Below, piece after piece: positions 39,581 to 49,841 of a DNA stretch of 64,000 nucleotides (position 1 is the stretch's first letter; each line of letters opens with the position of its first letter). This stretch comes from Candidatus Kapaibacterium sp. (GTDB taxonomy: Bacteria; Pseudomonadota; Gammaproteobacteria; Burkholderiales; Burkholderiaceae_C). A model generated the notes under the pieces. It made no database searches, was not told the DNA's origin, and was given only the letters and a program-made list of their open reading frames with translations. The stretch covers positions 4,313 through 68,312 of the forward strand of contig CALRQX020000022.1 of assembly GCA_943370435.1 (NCBI GenBank). The letters are read 5' to 3'. The position numbers were made by a program, and so were the translations under genes.

Positions 39581-40696
39581 TTATTTTCTTTTGACCTCAC
39601 CGGCCTGCGTCATCAGGCAGGCTGCGACGATGTCGTCTTCCAGGTCGATGTTCAGTGCGCCTTCCTTGCCGACAATCAGCTTGAGGAAGTCCAGCAGGTT
39701 GCGCGCGTACAGCGCACTGGCGTCCGCTGCCACCAGCGCCGGCACATTGGTCTCGCCGATCAGCGTGACGCCGTGTTTGACCACGGTTTTGCCGGGCTCG
39801 GTCAGCGGGCAGTTGCCGCCCTGGGGTGCTGCCAGGTCGACAATCACGCTGCCGGGTTTCATGGCCTTGACCATGTCCTCGGTCACCAGCACCGGGGCGG
39901 CGCGACCCGGGATCAGCGCGGTGGTGATCACGATATCGGCCTGGGCCACACGTTTGGCGACCTCGGCTTTTTGCCGCTCCAGCCAGCTGGGCGGCATCGG
40001 TTTGGCGTAACCGCCAACTCCGACGGCCGCTTCGCGTTCTTCGTCGGTCTCGTAAGCCACGTCGATGAACTTGCCGCCCAGCGACTCCACCTGCTCCTTG
40101 ACGCTGGGCCGCACATCGCTGGCTTCAATCACCGCGCCCAGGCGTTTGGCGGTGGCAATCGCCTGCAGGCCGGCCACACCGACGCCGAGAATCACCACCC
40201 GCGCCGCCTTGACGGTGCCGGCGGCGGTCATCAGCATGGGGAAAAAGCGCTGGTATTTTTCGGCCGCCATCATCACGGCCTTGTAACCGGCGATGTTGGC
40301 CTGGGACGACAAGACGTCCATGCTTTGCGCGCGGCTGGTGCGCGGCGCGGCTTCCAGCGCAAACGAAGTCAGTTGCGCTGTGGCCAGGCGCTGCAGGCCG
40401 GCGGCATCAAAAGGATTGAGCATGCCGACCAGCACCGTGCCGGCTTTGGCCAGGGCCATCTCGCTGTCCAGCGGGCAACGCACCTTGAGCACGATGTCCG
40501 AGGCATAAGCGCCAGCGGCGTCGGTGATTTCAGCGCCTGCGGCCACATAAGCCTGGTCCGGAACGCTGGCGGCCACGCCGGCACCCGACTGGATGCAAAC
40601 CGTGTGGCCCTGGGCTTTGAGTTTTTTGGCCGTCTCGGGTGTGACGGCGACGCGTGTTTCCCCTGCGCTGACTTCAGCTGGTACCCCAATTCGCAT
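39581..40696 (-). CDS. pntA: NAD(P) transhydrogenase alpha subunit, part 1 (dI, NAD(H)-binding)
   Basis: 371 aa; alanine-dehydrogenase-like; [22 protein letters not shown] Rossmann motif. Confidence 0.93.
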   Translation of the reverse strand: MRIGVPAEVSAGETRVAVTPETAKKLKAQGHTVCIQSGAGVAASVPDQAYVAAGAEITDAAGAYASDIVLKVRCPLDSEMALAKAGTVLVGMLNPFDAAGLQRLATAQLTSFALEAAPRTSRAQSMDVLSSQANIAGYKAVMMAAEKYQRFFPMLMTAAGTVKAARVVILGVGVAGLQAIATAKRLGAVIEASDVRPSVKEQVESLGGKFIDVAYETDEEREAAVGVGGYAKPMPPSWLERQKAEVAKRVAQADIVITTALIPGRAAPVLVTEDMVKAMKPGSVIVDLAAPQGGNCPLTEPGKTVVKHGVTLIGETNVPALVAADASALYARNLLDFLKLIVGKEGALNIDLEDDIVAACLMTQAGEVKRK

Positions 40697-40842
40697 GGGT
40701 GTCTCCTCGTTGCGTGTAAGTAGTTCTACGTGAAATGAAAGCTGTCGGCTAGCTTACATGAGTTTCACATTGTTTTAGCCGCGCGATAACCACAGTGGTA
40801 CAGGCCGGCCGCCCCCGTCATGCGGCACCGGATAATGCGACC

Positions 40843-41370
40843 ATGAACCCACGATGGAAACCCAGTGTCACCGTCGCCGCCATCATTGAGCGCGACGGCA
40901 AGTTTTTGCTGGTGGAAGAACACACGCAGGATGGCCTGCGATTGAACAACCCGGCCGGCCACCTGGACCCGGGGGAAAGCCCGCAGCAGGCCTGCGTGCG
41001 CGAAACGCTCGAAGAAACCGCCTTTCATTTCAGGCCGGCCGCACTGGTCGGTATTTATCTGTCGCGCTTCGAGCGCGCCGTGCCCGGCCAGGACGAAACG
41101 TCGGACATCACCTATCTGCGTTTTGCCTTTCGCGGCGAGCTCGGCGAGCATGTCGCCGGTCAGGCGCTCGATCAGGGTATTGTGCGCACGCTATGGCTCA
41201 CACCGGGCGAGATCAGAGCATGTGCTCACTTGCACCGCAGCCCCTTGCTGCTCAAGTGTATGGACGATCACCTGGCCGGCAACACCTGGCCGCTGGATCT
41301 CGTCACCACCGACCCCAGCGTGTATGGCGCGCAAGCCCCCGGCACAGCGCCAGCCGCGCCTGCCACCTAA
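40843..41370 (+). CDS. NUDIX hydrolase
   Basis: From MNPRWKPSVTVAAIIERDGKFLLVEE; Nudix box GHLDPGESPQQACVRETLEETAF. Confidence 0.88.
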   Translation: MNPRWKPSVTVAAIIERDGKFLLVEEHTQDGLRLNNPAGHLDPGESPQQACVRETLEETAFHFRPAALVGIYLSRFERAVPGQDETSDITYLRFAFRGELGEHVAGQALDQGIVRTLWLTPGEIRACAHLHRSPLLLKCMDDHLAGNTWPLDLVTTDPSVYGAQAPGTAPAAPAT

Positions 41371-41379
41371 AATGCTGCG

Positions 41380-42531
41380 ATGCACAAGCAACGGATTGTT
41401 GTCGGTTTAAGCGGCGGCGTGGACTCTGCGGTGACCGCACATCTGCTCAAACAGCAGGGGCATGAGGTCGTTGGCATTTTCATGAAAAACTGGGAAGACG
41501 ACGACGACAGCGAATTCTGCTCGTCGAACATCGACTTTGTGGATGCCGCCGCAGTGGCCGATGTCATCGGCATCGAAATCGAACATGTCAACTTTGCCGC
41601 CAACTACAAAGACCGGGTGTTTGCCGAGTTTTTGCGCGAATACCAGGCCGGCCGCACGCCGAATCCCGACATCCTGTGCAACGCCGAGATCAAGTTCAAG
41701 GCTTTTCTGGACCACGCGATGCGGTTGGGTGCCGAAAAAATTGCCACCGGACACTATGCCCGTGTGCGCAAGAACGACGCGACAGGCCTGCATGAATTGC
41801 TCAAGGGGCTGGATCCGGCCAAGGACCAGAGTTACTTTCTGCACCGGCTGAACCAGGCGCAGCTTTCCAGAACCCTGTTCCCGGTCGGCGAGCTCAGGAA
41901 AACCGAGGTACGCCGCATCGCTGACGAGATCGGCCTGCCGAATGCGAGGAAGAAAGACTCGACCGGCATCTGCTTCATCGGCGAGCGGCCTTTCCGCGAG
42001 TTTTTGAACCGCTACATCGCCAAGGCACCGGGGGCTATCAAAAACGACCAGGGCCGGGTGCTCGGAGAACATGTGGGCCTGAGTTTTTACACCCTGGGCC
42101 AGCGCCAGGGCCTGGGCATAGGCGGCGTGAAAGCGCGCGGCGCCGAACTCAAGGCGGTGCAGGCGCTGGGCCAGCGCGGGCTGGGCGAACACGCGCCCTG
42201 GTTTGTGGCGCGCAAGGACATGGACAGCAACACCTTGTGGGTGGTGCAGGGCCACGACCACCCGTGGCTGTTGTCAACCGTGCTGCAGGCCCAGGATTGC
42301 AGCTGGGTGGCTGGCACGCCGCCGGCGGCCGGCGCGATGGCCGCCAAGACACGTTACCGGCAGGCGGATGCGGCCTGCGAGCTGCTGGCGCCAACGGCCA
42401 CACAGGCCGAGCTGCGCTTTGTGCAACCACAGTGGGCCGTGACACCGGGACAGTCGGCTGTGTTGTACCAGGGCGAGGTGTGTCTGGGCGGCGGCGTGAT
42501 TGCGGCCAGCAATGTGCAAAACCTGGCATAA
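41380..42531 (+). CDS. mnmA: tRNA 2-thiouridine(34) synthase
   Basis: 383 aa; PP-loop [12 protein letters not shown]; catalytic Cys regions CNAEIKF and [10 protein letters not shown]. Confidence 0.95.
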   Translation: MHKQRIVVGLSGGVDSAVTAHLLKQQGHEVVGIFMKNWEDDDDSEFCSSNIDFVDAAAVADVIGIEIEHVNFAANYKDRVFAEFLREYQAGRTPNPDILCNAEIKFKAFLDHAMRLGAEKIATGHYARVRKNDATGLHELLKGLDPAKDQSYFLHRLNQAQLSRTLFPVGELRKTEVRRIADEIGLPNARKKDSTGICFIGERPFREFLNRYIAKAPGAIKNDQGRVLGEHVGLSFYTLGQRQGLGIGGVKARGAELKAVQALGQRGLGEHAPWFVARKDMDSNTLWVVQGHDHPWLLSTVLQAQDCSWVAGTPPAAGAMAAKTRYRQADAACELLAPTATQAELRFVQPQWAVTPGQSAVLYQGEVCLGGGVIAASNVQNLA

Positions 42532-42554
42532 ACACCGCCCGGGCTGATGTTCTG

Positions 42555-42613
42555 CAGCCAGATCGGGCTGCTGCCCTTTCCCCATTTACGCAAGCAGCTA
42601 CTGTTTTAATAGC
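42555..42613 (+). repeat. REP-like intergenic repeat, copy C
   Basis: gccagatcgggctgctGCCCTTTccccatttaCGCAAGCAGCTactgttttaATAGC between the convergent mnmA and histidine kinase genes. Confidence 0.7.
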
Positions 42614-42633
42614 AGACCAGTATCCCCCCGGGC

Positions 42634-44490
42634 TCAGGGGATACGGATTTCCACCACCGTGCGGCCTGGGGCGCTGCTGATGGCAAGCTCCACGCCGCTG
42701 GCTGTGGCGCGTTCGCGCATGGACAGCAGCCCCTTGCGCGGCGGCAGGGCGGCGTCAAAGCCGCAACCGTTGTCCACAATGCGCAGGCACACGCCGCTTC
42801 CCGCCATCCCGGCTTCAATCGCCAGCGTGGTGGCGTGTGAATGCTGCAGCACGTTGGACAGGGCTTCAAACACCATGAACTGCAATTGCCGCATCGCATT
42901 CGCATCCACATGGGCCAGCGGCTCCAGCTGGCCAACCACCCATTGCAGTTCGATGTCCGAGGCCGCAAAACGCGGCTCCAGCCGATACCGCAGATTCGCC
43001 AGCAGGGAGGCGATGTCACCCGGCAGCAAATGCATGGCATCAATCGACAGCTTGAGCTGGTCCAGCGTGTAGCGCAGGGTCTGCAACACGTCTTCGCTGC
43101 TGGCTTTGCCCGACTGCAGCTGCCGGATCGCGGTGCTCAGGTGGGCGCCCACACCGTCGTGCATGTCGCGCAGGATGCGGCTGCGCTCGGCGGTGCGCTC
43201 CTGCTCGCGGGCGAGCTGCTCAACGCGCTGGTAGGTCTGGGCCAGTTCCTGCTCCCGGTCGGCCACCCGTGTCGCCAGATTGACCGTCAGGTCACGCGCC
43301 TGGCCGCTGGCGGCGCGAAAGCGGGTGATCACGATATAACCCAGCACCAGGCCAAACAGCACCGAGCTGTAGCGAATCCAGGTGTTGTCGCTGTAACTGC
43401 CGCTGATGCGGACCGTCACCCAGTCGCGCACACCCATCAGCACATTCAGTGTGCCCGCCACAGCCACCAGCAGCCGCGCCGTGTCGGGGCGGCGGACCGC
43501 GCCCCACAGATAAACGGCGGCATACACGACAAACAGCAGGTTGGCGGCGCCCAGCCAGAGCGTCAGGTACACCGGCTGCCTGAGCGAAAACGTCAGCGAT
43601 GAAGCCACGATGGCGCTGGCAAACAGCGCGGCCAGCGTGCCCCGTACCCAGGGCATCGAGCGGTGCTGGTGCCAGCCGGCCACGCGGTGGCAAAACAGGG
43701 CAATGCAGCAAAACCAGCCGGCAAACGCGGCGGTGACCACCACCCCCCAGACCGGCCAGGGCAGCGGCGGATTCTCGATCGCGATGTCGCCCACGCGCAG
43801 CGCCCAGCAAATTTCGGCCACTGCGGCAAACAGGTAAACCGGGTCCCGGCGGTCGGTCTGCAGCTGCGCCGGATCGGTCTGGGTGGCCCAGAGCACCAGT
43901 GCCACCGCGCCCACCATCAGGCTGAAGATGGTGACCGCCATGGACGCAAACAGGCGCAGGCGGAAGGCCTCGCTGTAGAGCGGGCGCACCTCGCGCGCCG
44001 GACCAACCACCAGGGTGGCCAGGCCACCGCGCCGGCCACCGTCGGCGCGAAGCTGTACACGAAAGACGTTCTCGCGGGCCAGCAGCCGCGTGGGAATCGG
44101 CACGTACTGCGGCGCCTTGGCGTAGTCTTCACCGTTGACCTGTTGCGGGTCGCCAAAACGCGCCAGCAAGGCGCCGTTCAGTGAGATTTCTGCCGTGTTG
44201 CCGATGCGCGGCAAATACAGGCCATAGGGCTGCGCCGGGTCGGCCGAGAGGCTGAAGGGGATCTCGAACACCGCCTGCCCGGCCTGGCCCGGATGACGCC
44301 GGTCCCAGTGGTAGGGCAGCGTGACCTCGGCCTGCGAGCTCACGCCCTCAACCGTCACCCAGGCCCGCGCCTGGCTCAACTCCAGCGGCTCGGCCCGCGC
44401 CGCCACACACAGCAGCAGGCAGCCCAGCCAACACCCCCACAGGCGCAGACAGAGGGGCCAGCGCTGCGGCAGTGCCGGTACTCGCATCAC
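42634..44490 (-). CDS. 7TMR-DISM-type sensor histidine kinase (HisKA_3/HATPase)
   Basis: 618 aa: signal peptide, periplasmic DISMED2-like domain (LPYHWDRRHPGQAG), 7 TM segments, coiled coil, RDMHDGVGAHLS H-box, HATPase_c. Confidence 0.85.
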   Translation of the reverse strand: MMRVPALPQRWPLCLRLWGCWLGCLLLCVAARAEPLELSQARAWVTVEGVSSQAEVTLPYHWDRRHPGQAGQAVFEIPFSLSADPAQPYGLYLPRIGNTAEISLNGALLARFGDPQQVNGEDYAKAPQYVPIPTRLLARENVFRVQLRADGGRRGGLATLVVGPAREVRPLYSEAFRLRLFASMAVTIFSLMVGAVALVLWATQTDPAQLQTDRRDPVYLFAAVAEICWALRVGDIAIENPPLPWPVWGVVVTAAFAGWFCCIALFCHRVAGWHQHRSMPWVRGTLAALFASAIVASSLTFSLRQPVYLTLWLGAANLLFVVYAAVYLWGAVRRPDTARLLVAVAGTLNVLMGVRDWVTVRISGSYSDNTWIRYSSVLFGLVLGYIVITRFRAASGQARDLTVNLATRVADREQELAQTYQRVEQLAREQERTAERSRILRDMHDGVGAHLSTAIRQLQSGKASSEDVLQTLRYTLDQLKLSIDAMHLLPGDIASLLANLRYRLEPRFAASDIELQWVVGQLEPLAHVDANAMRQLQFMVFEALSNVLQHSHATTLAIEAGMAGSGVCLRIVDNGCGFDAALPPRKGLLSMRERATASGVELAISSAPGRTVVEIRIP

Positions 44491-45239
44491 GCGTCAGACG
44501 TGGGCGGCTGCAACAAGCCCATGCGGGTCGCCTCGTACACCGCCTCGCTTCTGGAGTGCACCGCCAGCTTGGCGTACAGGTTCTTGATGTGCGACTGGAT
44601 GGTGTGCACGCTGACCGCCTTGAGCCTGGAAATTTCACCGTAGGAAAATCCGCGCGCAATCAGCTCCAGCACCTCCTGTTCGCGTGCCGACAGCAGCGCG
44701 CGGCCCTCGGCGGCGAGCGGCGGCGGCGCACTGCCGGCACCCGGGGCCGGCGCAACGTCCCGCTCGACCAGGTGCATCGCCTGGTATTTGGCCAGCACCC
44801 GGCGGGCAATCATTGGCGAGATCGGAGACGCCCCGGCCTTCATCTCGAGAATGGTCAGTGCGATGTTGTCGGGCGTGAAGTCCTTGTGGATATAACCCAG
44901 CGCACCGGCCTCGACGCTGGACAGCACACTGTCTTCGTCGCCAAACATCGAGATCACCAGGGCTTCGCAGGCCGGCTGCACGCGTCCGGCCAGCCGGATC
45001 AGCTCCAGGCCGTTGCCGTCGGGCAGCGCCAGATCGGTCAGCAGGATGTCTATGCCCTGGCTGCTGTCTTCAATCAGTACACGCGCCTCTTCGAAGGTGC
45101 CGACCCCGGCGACCAGGCGCAGCTCCTCGCTGCGCGACACGCTGTCGGCAAAAAAGTCCCGGGTCGGAACATCGTCTTCAACAATCAATACACGCCAGAG
45201 GGCCATGGGTGGGGTTTTGATCTTTGGCTTGGGCTGCAT
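44487..45239 (-). CDS. LuxR/NarL-family response regulator
   Basis: REC (RVLIVEDDVPTRDFF...DILLTDLALPDG) plus LuxR HTH (LSAREQEVLELIARGFSYGEISRLKAVSVHTIQSHIKNLY). Its stop overlaps the kinase start. An alternative start is Met12 (45206). Confidence 0.88.
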   Translation of the reverse strand: MQPKPKIKTPPMALWRVLIVEDDVPTRDFFADSVSRSEELRLVAGVGTFEEARVLIEDSSQGIDILLTDLALPDGNGLELIRLAGRVQPACEALVISMFGDEDSVLSSVEAGALGYIHKDFTPDNIALTILEMKAGASPISPMIARRVLAKYQAMHLVERDVAPAPGAGSAPPPLAAEGRALLSAREQEVLELIARGFSYGEISRLKAVSVHTIQSHIKNLYAKLAVHSRSEAVYEATRMGLLQPPTSDA

Positions 45240-45382
45240 GGCAGCTGATGATAAGTGGCGGTGCTGCGCGCAGCTATCTCCAGCGCGGCAGCCAGCGGGT
45301 AGCCCTCACTTTCAGCATTGGCGGCCTTGCGCACAATCCCCGGTTTATGGGGGTGGACACCCGCCCGTGCCCCGGGAGCAGG

Positions 45383-45440
45383 CATCAAATCAGCCCTTGG
45401 CCCTTATGCCATGCGCGTCAACAGCTATTAAAACAATAGC
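45383..45440 (+). repeat. REP-like intergenic repeat, copy D
   Basis: CATCAAATCAGCCCTTggcccttatgccatGCGCGTCAACAGCTattaaaacaATAGC, 10 nt from the OMP gene stop. A possible half-copy (GCGCGCAGCTATCT) lies near 45272. Confidence 0.65.
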
Positions 45441-45450
45441 GCTCCGCAGC

Positions 45451-46854
45451 CTAAAGCACGGTTTCCAGATAGGTGTAGATGTAGTTGGAGCCCCCATTGA
45501 CATTGCCCAGCAGGCGCGAGGCACCAAAAATGCCGGAGCGGTGCGACACGCCAAAACCCAGGTAGGTGTTTTTCAGCGCGCGGCTGCCAATCAGGTCGCC
45601 CAGGCTGACGTCAATGCTGGGCTCCAGGTAGTTCAGCAGGCGCGAAGTCTGGCGGCCACGCGCCGCCTGGCTGCTCGATTCGGTATAGGGCACACGCTGC
45701 GCCAGCGAGATGCCGGCACCCAGGCCGAGCCGGGTCTTGACCCGCTCACTCCACGGGAAACCGTAGTAATAGGCTTTCATGAAGGCGTCGATCTGCAGCC
45801 CGTTGGGCGCCAGCCCGCGGTCATCGTGCTGCAACACACCGACATAACCGACGATGTCCAGCGGCCAGCCATTGAGCCGCTCGATGAAGGGCTTGCCGAT
45901 CTGCACCCCGGTGATGCGGGTGGAGTTGACCTTGGCGGTGGAGGCGCAGGTCAGCGTCACAATTTTGGCCAGATGGCAGCCGTCCTCGGTCGATTTGCCA
46001 TAAAGCAGCTTCAGATGGGTGGGAGAGCTTTCTTCGGTCCAGCCGCCCTTGTAGCTGCCAAAGTCGTAGGCGGCGCCAACAAACACCCCGGTCTGCGCCG
46101 ACCTGCCGACAATCGGGCTGGCCTTGACCTTGCCGTCCAGCCAGGTGTGTGTCACGCCGCCCAGCAGGCGCCAGCCGCCATCGAGCGCGTAACTGCCGTA
46201 CAGGCCCAGCGTGGTGTTGATGCCGTTGCCGGGCGCATAGGCGGGCCGGGTGGCGGTGGCTTCGCCGGGGAGCACGCCGTAGTAATAGTTGTTCAGTTTG
46301 GCGCTGCGCGCCGCCAGCGTCAGGCTGGGGCGCAAGGCCAGCCGGCCCGAGCGCCAGTCGTAGCTGTAGGAAAGCCGGAGTTCGCTGCCTTTGGAGAAAC
46401 TGCTGACGTCCTGCAGGTATTCGGCCTGCAGCGTGCCCCAGGGCTGGCGGTAACGGTAAGACACACCGGCGTCCAGCCCCGAACCGCGCTCGGCCATGCC
46501 GGCCAGACTGGGGATCACCCGGTCGTCGGCATACCCTTCAAAACGCTGGTCCAGAAAAACATCGACGCGCTGCGACTCCTCGTCGAACAATTTGAGCCCG
46601 GCGCGGCTGCCATGCAAAAACACACGTTTGCCTTCATACAGGTACAGCGGCAGCAGGTCATAACGGGTGCCGCCGCCGACATAGGGCGACTGCTCGGCGC
46701 GCACCGCCAGCCCCAGGGCCGCGCTGCCGGGGACCGTCAGCAGATCACTGAGAGGGTCGGTGTTGGCAAAAGCGGGCGCAGCGTTGAACGCGGCACCCAG
46801 CAGCAGGGCGGCCAAACGGACAAGGGCAGGGCGGGAAACGATTTTTGGGCGCAT
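45451..46854 (-). CDS. two-domain outer membrane protein: N-terminal MipA/OmpV-like, C-terminal PagL/acyloxyacyl-hydrolase-like
   Basis: 467 aa with a signal peptide (LAALLLGAAFNAAPAFA). N half has MipA-like strings (SPYVGGGTRYDLLPLYLYEG, NNYYYGV, ASPIVGRS). C half ends GFGVSHRSGIFG...GGSNYIYTYLETVL, resembling the PagL H-x-S catalytic strand and terminal strand as I recall them. Confidence 0.6.
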   Translation of the reverse strand: MRPKIVSRPALVRLAALLLGAAFNAAPAFANTDPLSDLLTVPGSAALGLAVRAEQSPYVGGGTRYDLLPLYLYEGKRVFLHGSRAGLKLFDEESQRVDVFLDQRFEGYADDRVIPSLAGMAERGSGLDAGVSYRYRQPWGTLQAEYLQDVSSFSKGSELRLSYSYDWRSGRLALRPSLTLAARSAKLNNYYYGVLPGEATATRPAYAPGNGINTTLGLYGSYALDGGWRLLGGVTHTWLDGKVKASPIVGRSAQTGVFVGAAYDFGSYKGGWTEESSPTHLKLLYGKSTEDGCHLAKIVTLTCASTAKVNSTRITGVQIGKPFIERLNGWPLDIVGYVGVLQHDDRGLAPNGLQIDAFMKAYYYGFPWSERVKTRLGLGAGISLAQRVPYTESSSQAARGRQTSRLLNYLEPSIDVSLGDLIGSRALKNTYLGFGVSHRSGIFGASRLLGNVNGGSNYIYTYLETVL

Positions 46855-46988
46855 GGCAGCAGCTTCCTGGGTGGGCAGAAACCCATGCTAGCCATCAGCG
46901 CCCCTCTGCAAATGCCGGGGCCTGCAAAAAGGATCAGCGCCTACACAGCGGCGGGATGACGGTTGACAAAAACCGTTGTGTGCACACT

Positions 46989-47489
46989 TCAGAACGGAAT
47001 GTCGTCGTCCATGTCGTCAAAACCGCTGGCGGCTTTGGTGGGCGCCGCAGCGCGCGGCGCTGGGGCCGCTGCGCGTGGCGCAGCTGCCGCAGGACGTGAA
47101 TAGGAGCGCTCGCCGCCCTCATCACCCCCGTCATTGCCGCCCGGGCCACCCATGCCTTCGCGGCTGCCGAGCATCTGCATTTCACTGGCGATGATGTCGG
47201 TGGCGTATTTCTCGACGCCGTCCTTGTCGGTGTATTTGCGGGTTTTCAGCCGGCCCTCGATGTACACCGAGCGGCCTTTTTTCAGGTATTCACCGACAAT
47301 TTCGGCCTGGCGCCCAAAAAAGCTGATGCGGTGCCATTCGGTCTCCTCGACCATTTCACCGGCCTTGTTCTTGTACTTGCTGCTGGTGGCCAGCGCGATG
47401 TTGGCCACGGCGTCGCCGCTGGGCATGTAACGCACTTCGGGATCGCGGCCGAGATTGCCGACGAGGATGACTTTGTTGACGGATGCCAT
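46989..47489 (-). CDS. ssb: single-stranded DNA-binding protein
   Basis: 166 aa; [23 protein letters not shown] fold, Gly-rich linker, acidic tip DDDIPF. Confidence 0.97.
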   Translation of the reverse strand: MASVNKVILVGNLGRDPEVRYMPSGDAVANIALATSSKYKNKAGEMVEETEWHRISFFGRQAEIVGEYLKKGRSVYIEGRLKTRKYTDKDGVEKYATDIIASEMQMLGSREGMGGPGGNDGGDEGGERSYSRPAAAAPRAAAPAPRAAAPTKAASGFDDMDDDIPF

Positions 47490-47508
47490 GTCTGTTCTCC
47501 TGATTTCG

Positions 47509-48762
47509 TCACAGTTTAACTGGCCGGGCAGCGGACACGCCAGCGCTGGCAGAAACAGCGGCGGGTGCCGGCCTTCCCGGCGCCTTCATGGTCCAGGCGA
47601 CTGCCAGCCAGAGCAACATCAGGCCGCCACAGGCGGCAAACAGCGCCTGCGGACCGGCGGTCTTGGACAGCCAGCCGCCGAGTGCGCCGCCAGCAAAAAA
47701 GCCCAGGGACTGCAGCGTGTTGTAAACCCCCAGCGCTGCGCCACGCGAATGCGCCGGCGCCACGCGCGAGGCCAGACTCGGTTGGCTGGCTTCGAGAATG
47801 TTGAAGCCGCAGAAAAACAGGAACAACAAGGCGCCCAGGCCGGCCAGCGAGGGTGCGCCCTGCAGCGAGGCGGCCATCAAGCCGAACTGCACCAGCGCAA
47901 TCAGGCCCACCGCCGCCAGGAAAACGCCGCGCAGATAGCCGCGCTTTTCGAGCGGAAACAGCGTGAAGCCCATGACCCCAAAAGATGCCAGCACCGCCGG
48001 CAGGTAGACCTGCCAGTGGCTGCTGCTGGCCAGGCCGGCCTGCACCAGCAGGGCCGGAATCGCCACCCACATCGCCAGCTGCACCGCATGCAGGATGAAC
48101 ACCCCGACATCGAGCCGCAGCAGCGCCGGGTGCCGCAAGACCTCGGCCAGGCTGCCGCGCGGCCGGTTCACATGCTGGGCCGGCTCGGGCGGCACCCACC
48201 AGATCACCACCGCAATGCCGGCGAGCGCCAGCGCGCCCGTCAGCCCAAACAGGCCGGCCAGGCCAATGTGGGCGCTCAGCAGCGGCGCCAGCACCAGCGA
48301 CAGCGCAAACATCAGCGCAATGCTGCCGCCGACCAGCGCCATGGCCTTGGTCCGCACCTCGTCACGCGTGGTATCGGCCAGCAGCGCCGTGACGGCCGCA
48401 GAAATCGCGCCGGCGCCCTGCAAGGACCGGCCAGCAATCAGCCAGTTCAGGTCCGGCGCCCAGGCGGCCACAAAGCTGCCCAGCGCAAACACCACCAGAC
48501 CGGCGACGATCACCTTCTTGCGCCCCAGCCAATCCGAGGCCATGCCGAAAGGAATTTGCAGAATGCCCTGCGTCAGGCCGTAAATGCCCATGGCCAGGCC
48601 GATACGCGCCGGGTCGTCGCCGCCCGGGTAACGCGCGGCTTCCAGCGCAAACACCGGCAGCACCAGAAACAGCCCCAGCATGCGCAGCGCAAAAATCGAG
48701 GCCAGCGAGGCGCTGGCACGCCGCTCGGTGGCGGTCATGGGGTAGGAGGGGACTGGAGACAC
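47509..48762 (-). CDS. MFS transporter
   Basis: 417-aa 12-TM protein with the MFS loop motif [12 protein letters not shown]; sits immediately upstream of ssb. Confidence 0.85.
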   Translation of the reverse strand: MSPVPSYPMTATERRASASLASIFALRMLGLFLVLPVFALEAARYPGGDDPARIGLAMGIYGLTQGILQIPFGMASDWLGRKKVIVAGLVVFALGSFVAAWAPDLNWLIAGRSLQGAGAISAAVTALLADTTRDEVRTKAMALVGGSIALMFALSLVLAPLLSAHIGLAGLFGLTGALALAGIAVVIWWVPPEPAQHVNRPRGSLAEVLRHPALLRLDVGVFILHAVQLAMWVAIPALLVQAGLASSSHWQVYLPAVLASFGVMGFTLFPLEKRGYLRGVFLAAVGLIALVQFGLMAASLQGAPSLAGLGALLFLFFCGFNILEASQPSLASRVAPAHSRGAALGVYNTLQSLGFFAGGALGGWLSKTAGPQALFAACGGLMLLWLAVAWTMKAPGRPAPAAVSASAGVSAARPVKL

Positions 48763-48917
48763 GGTCAGGAGCAGTGGGTCACAAAATGAAGGCGGGCCGC
48801 AAATCCACGGCCCGAACGCCTATTGTCCGTGAATTGCCGGCCGGCAGCGCCGACGCCCGGCGCTGCCGGGCTGAAACCACGCAGGAAATGGGCCAGCGGA
48901 TGAGCGCAGGCGCGGCC

Positions 48918-49718
48918 TCAGCCGCAAGCGGCCAAAAAGCGCGCGATCTCGGCGTTGACGGTGTCGGGATGGGTCACCGGGCCCATGTGCCCGAGGTCGG
49001 CAAATTCCCGCACGGTCACCCGGGGCAGGACCTGGGTCAGCAGCCTGGCCACGCCGCGCGAGGACGCCGGCGACTGCCCGCCCACCATGTAGAGCACCGG
49101 CATGTCCAGCGCCCGGAAAGCCTGCAGCGGCGTGGGCTGGCCAAAGAGGGCCGCCGCCCAGCCCCGGACATTGCGCATGGAGGCGGCCACCGGCGCCTGG
49201 CGCGCGGCCGGCATCTTGTCCCAGCTGCCGGGGCCCATCCAGTAGTCGATAAAGTACCGCGCCGCGCCGGCGCTGTCGCCGGCATCAATCGCCGCCGCCG
49301 CATCACGCGCTGCGTCGCGTATGCCATTGGCCGCTTCATTGCCAGGCGCTTCTTCCTCCAGCAGCGAAAACAGCGTCGGTTCGTATACCACCAGCGCCCG
49401 CACCCGCCCCGGATCGGCCAGCGCCGCCATCAGCGCCACCGATGCGCCGTAGGAGTGGCCCACCAGGAAAAACGGATCGCCCGCCAGCGCAAAGACCGGT
49501 TCCTGCAAGGTCAGTTCGTCACGCAGCCCGACCGGGGCAGCCACCGGCCAGGGCGGGCTCTTGCCGGCACCCAGCAAATCGGGGGCGAGGACCCGGAAAC
49601 GTCCGGACAACTGGTCCATCAGGCCGCGCCACTGCGTCGAGGTGCTGGCGTTGGAATGCAGGCACACCACGCCCGGTCCGGCGCCGGCTTCGCGGTAAAA
49701 GGGGATCTGCCTGGACAT
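48918..49718 (-). CDS. alpha/beta hydrolase
   Basis: 266 aa; nucleophile elbow GHSYGA; HG oxyanion region VVCLHS; C-terminal GHMGPVTHP. Confidence 0.82.
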   Translation of the reverse strand: MSRQIPFYREAGAGPGVVCLHSNASTSTQWRGLMDQLSGRFRVLAPDLLGAGKSPPWPVAAPVGLRDELTLQEPVFALAGDPFFLVGHSYGASVALMAALADPGRVRALVVYEPTLFSLLEEEAPGNEAANGIRDAARDAAAAIDAGDSAGAARYFIDYWMGPGSWDKMPAARQAPVAASMRNVRGWAAALFGQPTPLQAFRALDMPVLYMVGGQSPASSRGVARLLTQVLPRVTVREFADLGHMGPVTHPDTVNAEIARFLAACG

Positions 49719-49841
49719 GCCGCGAGCTTAGCGGAGAGCGGGGACGGGCACAAAGGCGCTGCCTGCCGCGGACGGACCGCGCGGGCGGAGCCAAACCAGC
49801 CGTACGCGTCTATGATGGAGAGTTTTGCGGCGCCCTAACAC

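Noticed and set aside
47490-47508. Possible LexA/SOS box upstream of ssb (CTGT...ACAG), and a search for one upstream of uvrA (49719..49841).
   Set aside because: The spacing is CTGT-N15-ACAG, not the CTGT-N8-ACAG expected for beta- and gammaproteobacterial LexA. No CTGT-N8-ACAG was seen in the uvrA upstream region.
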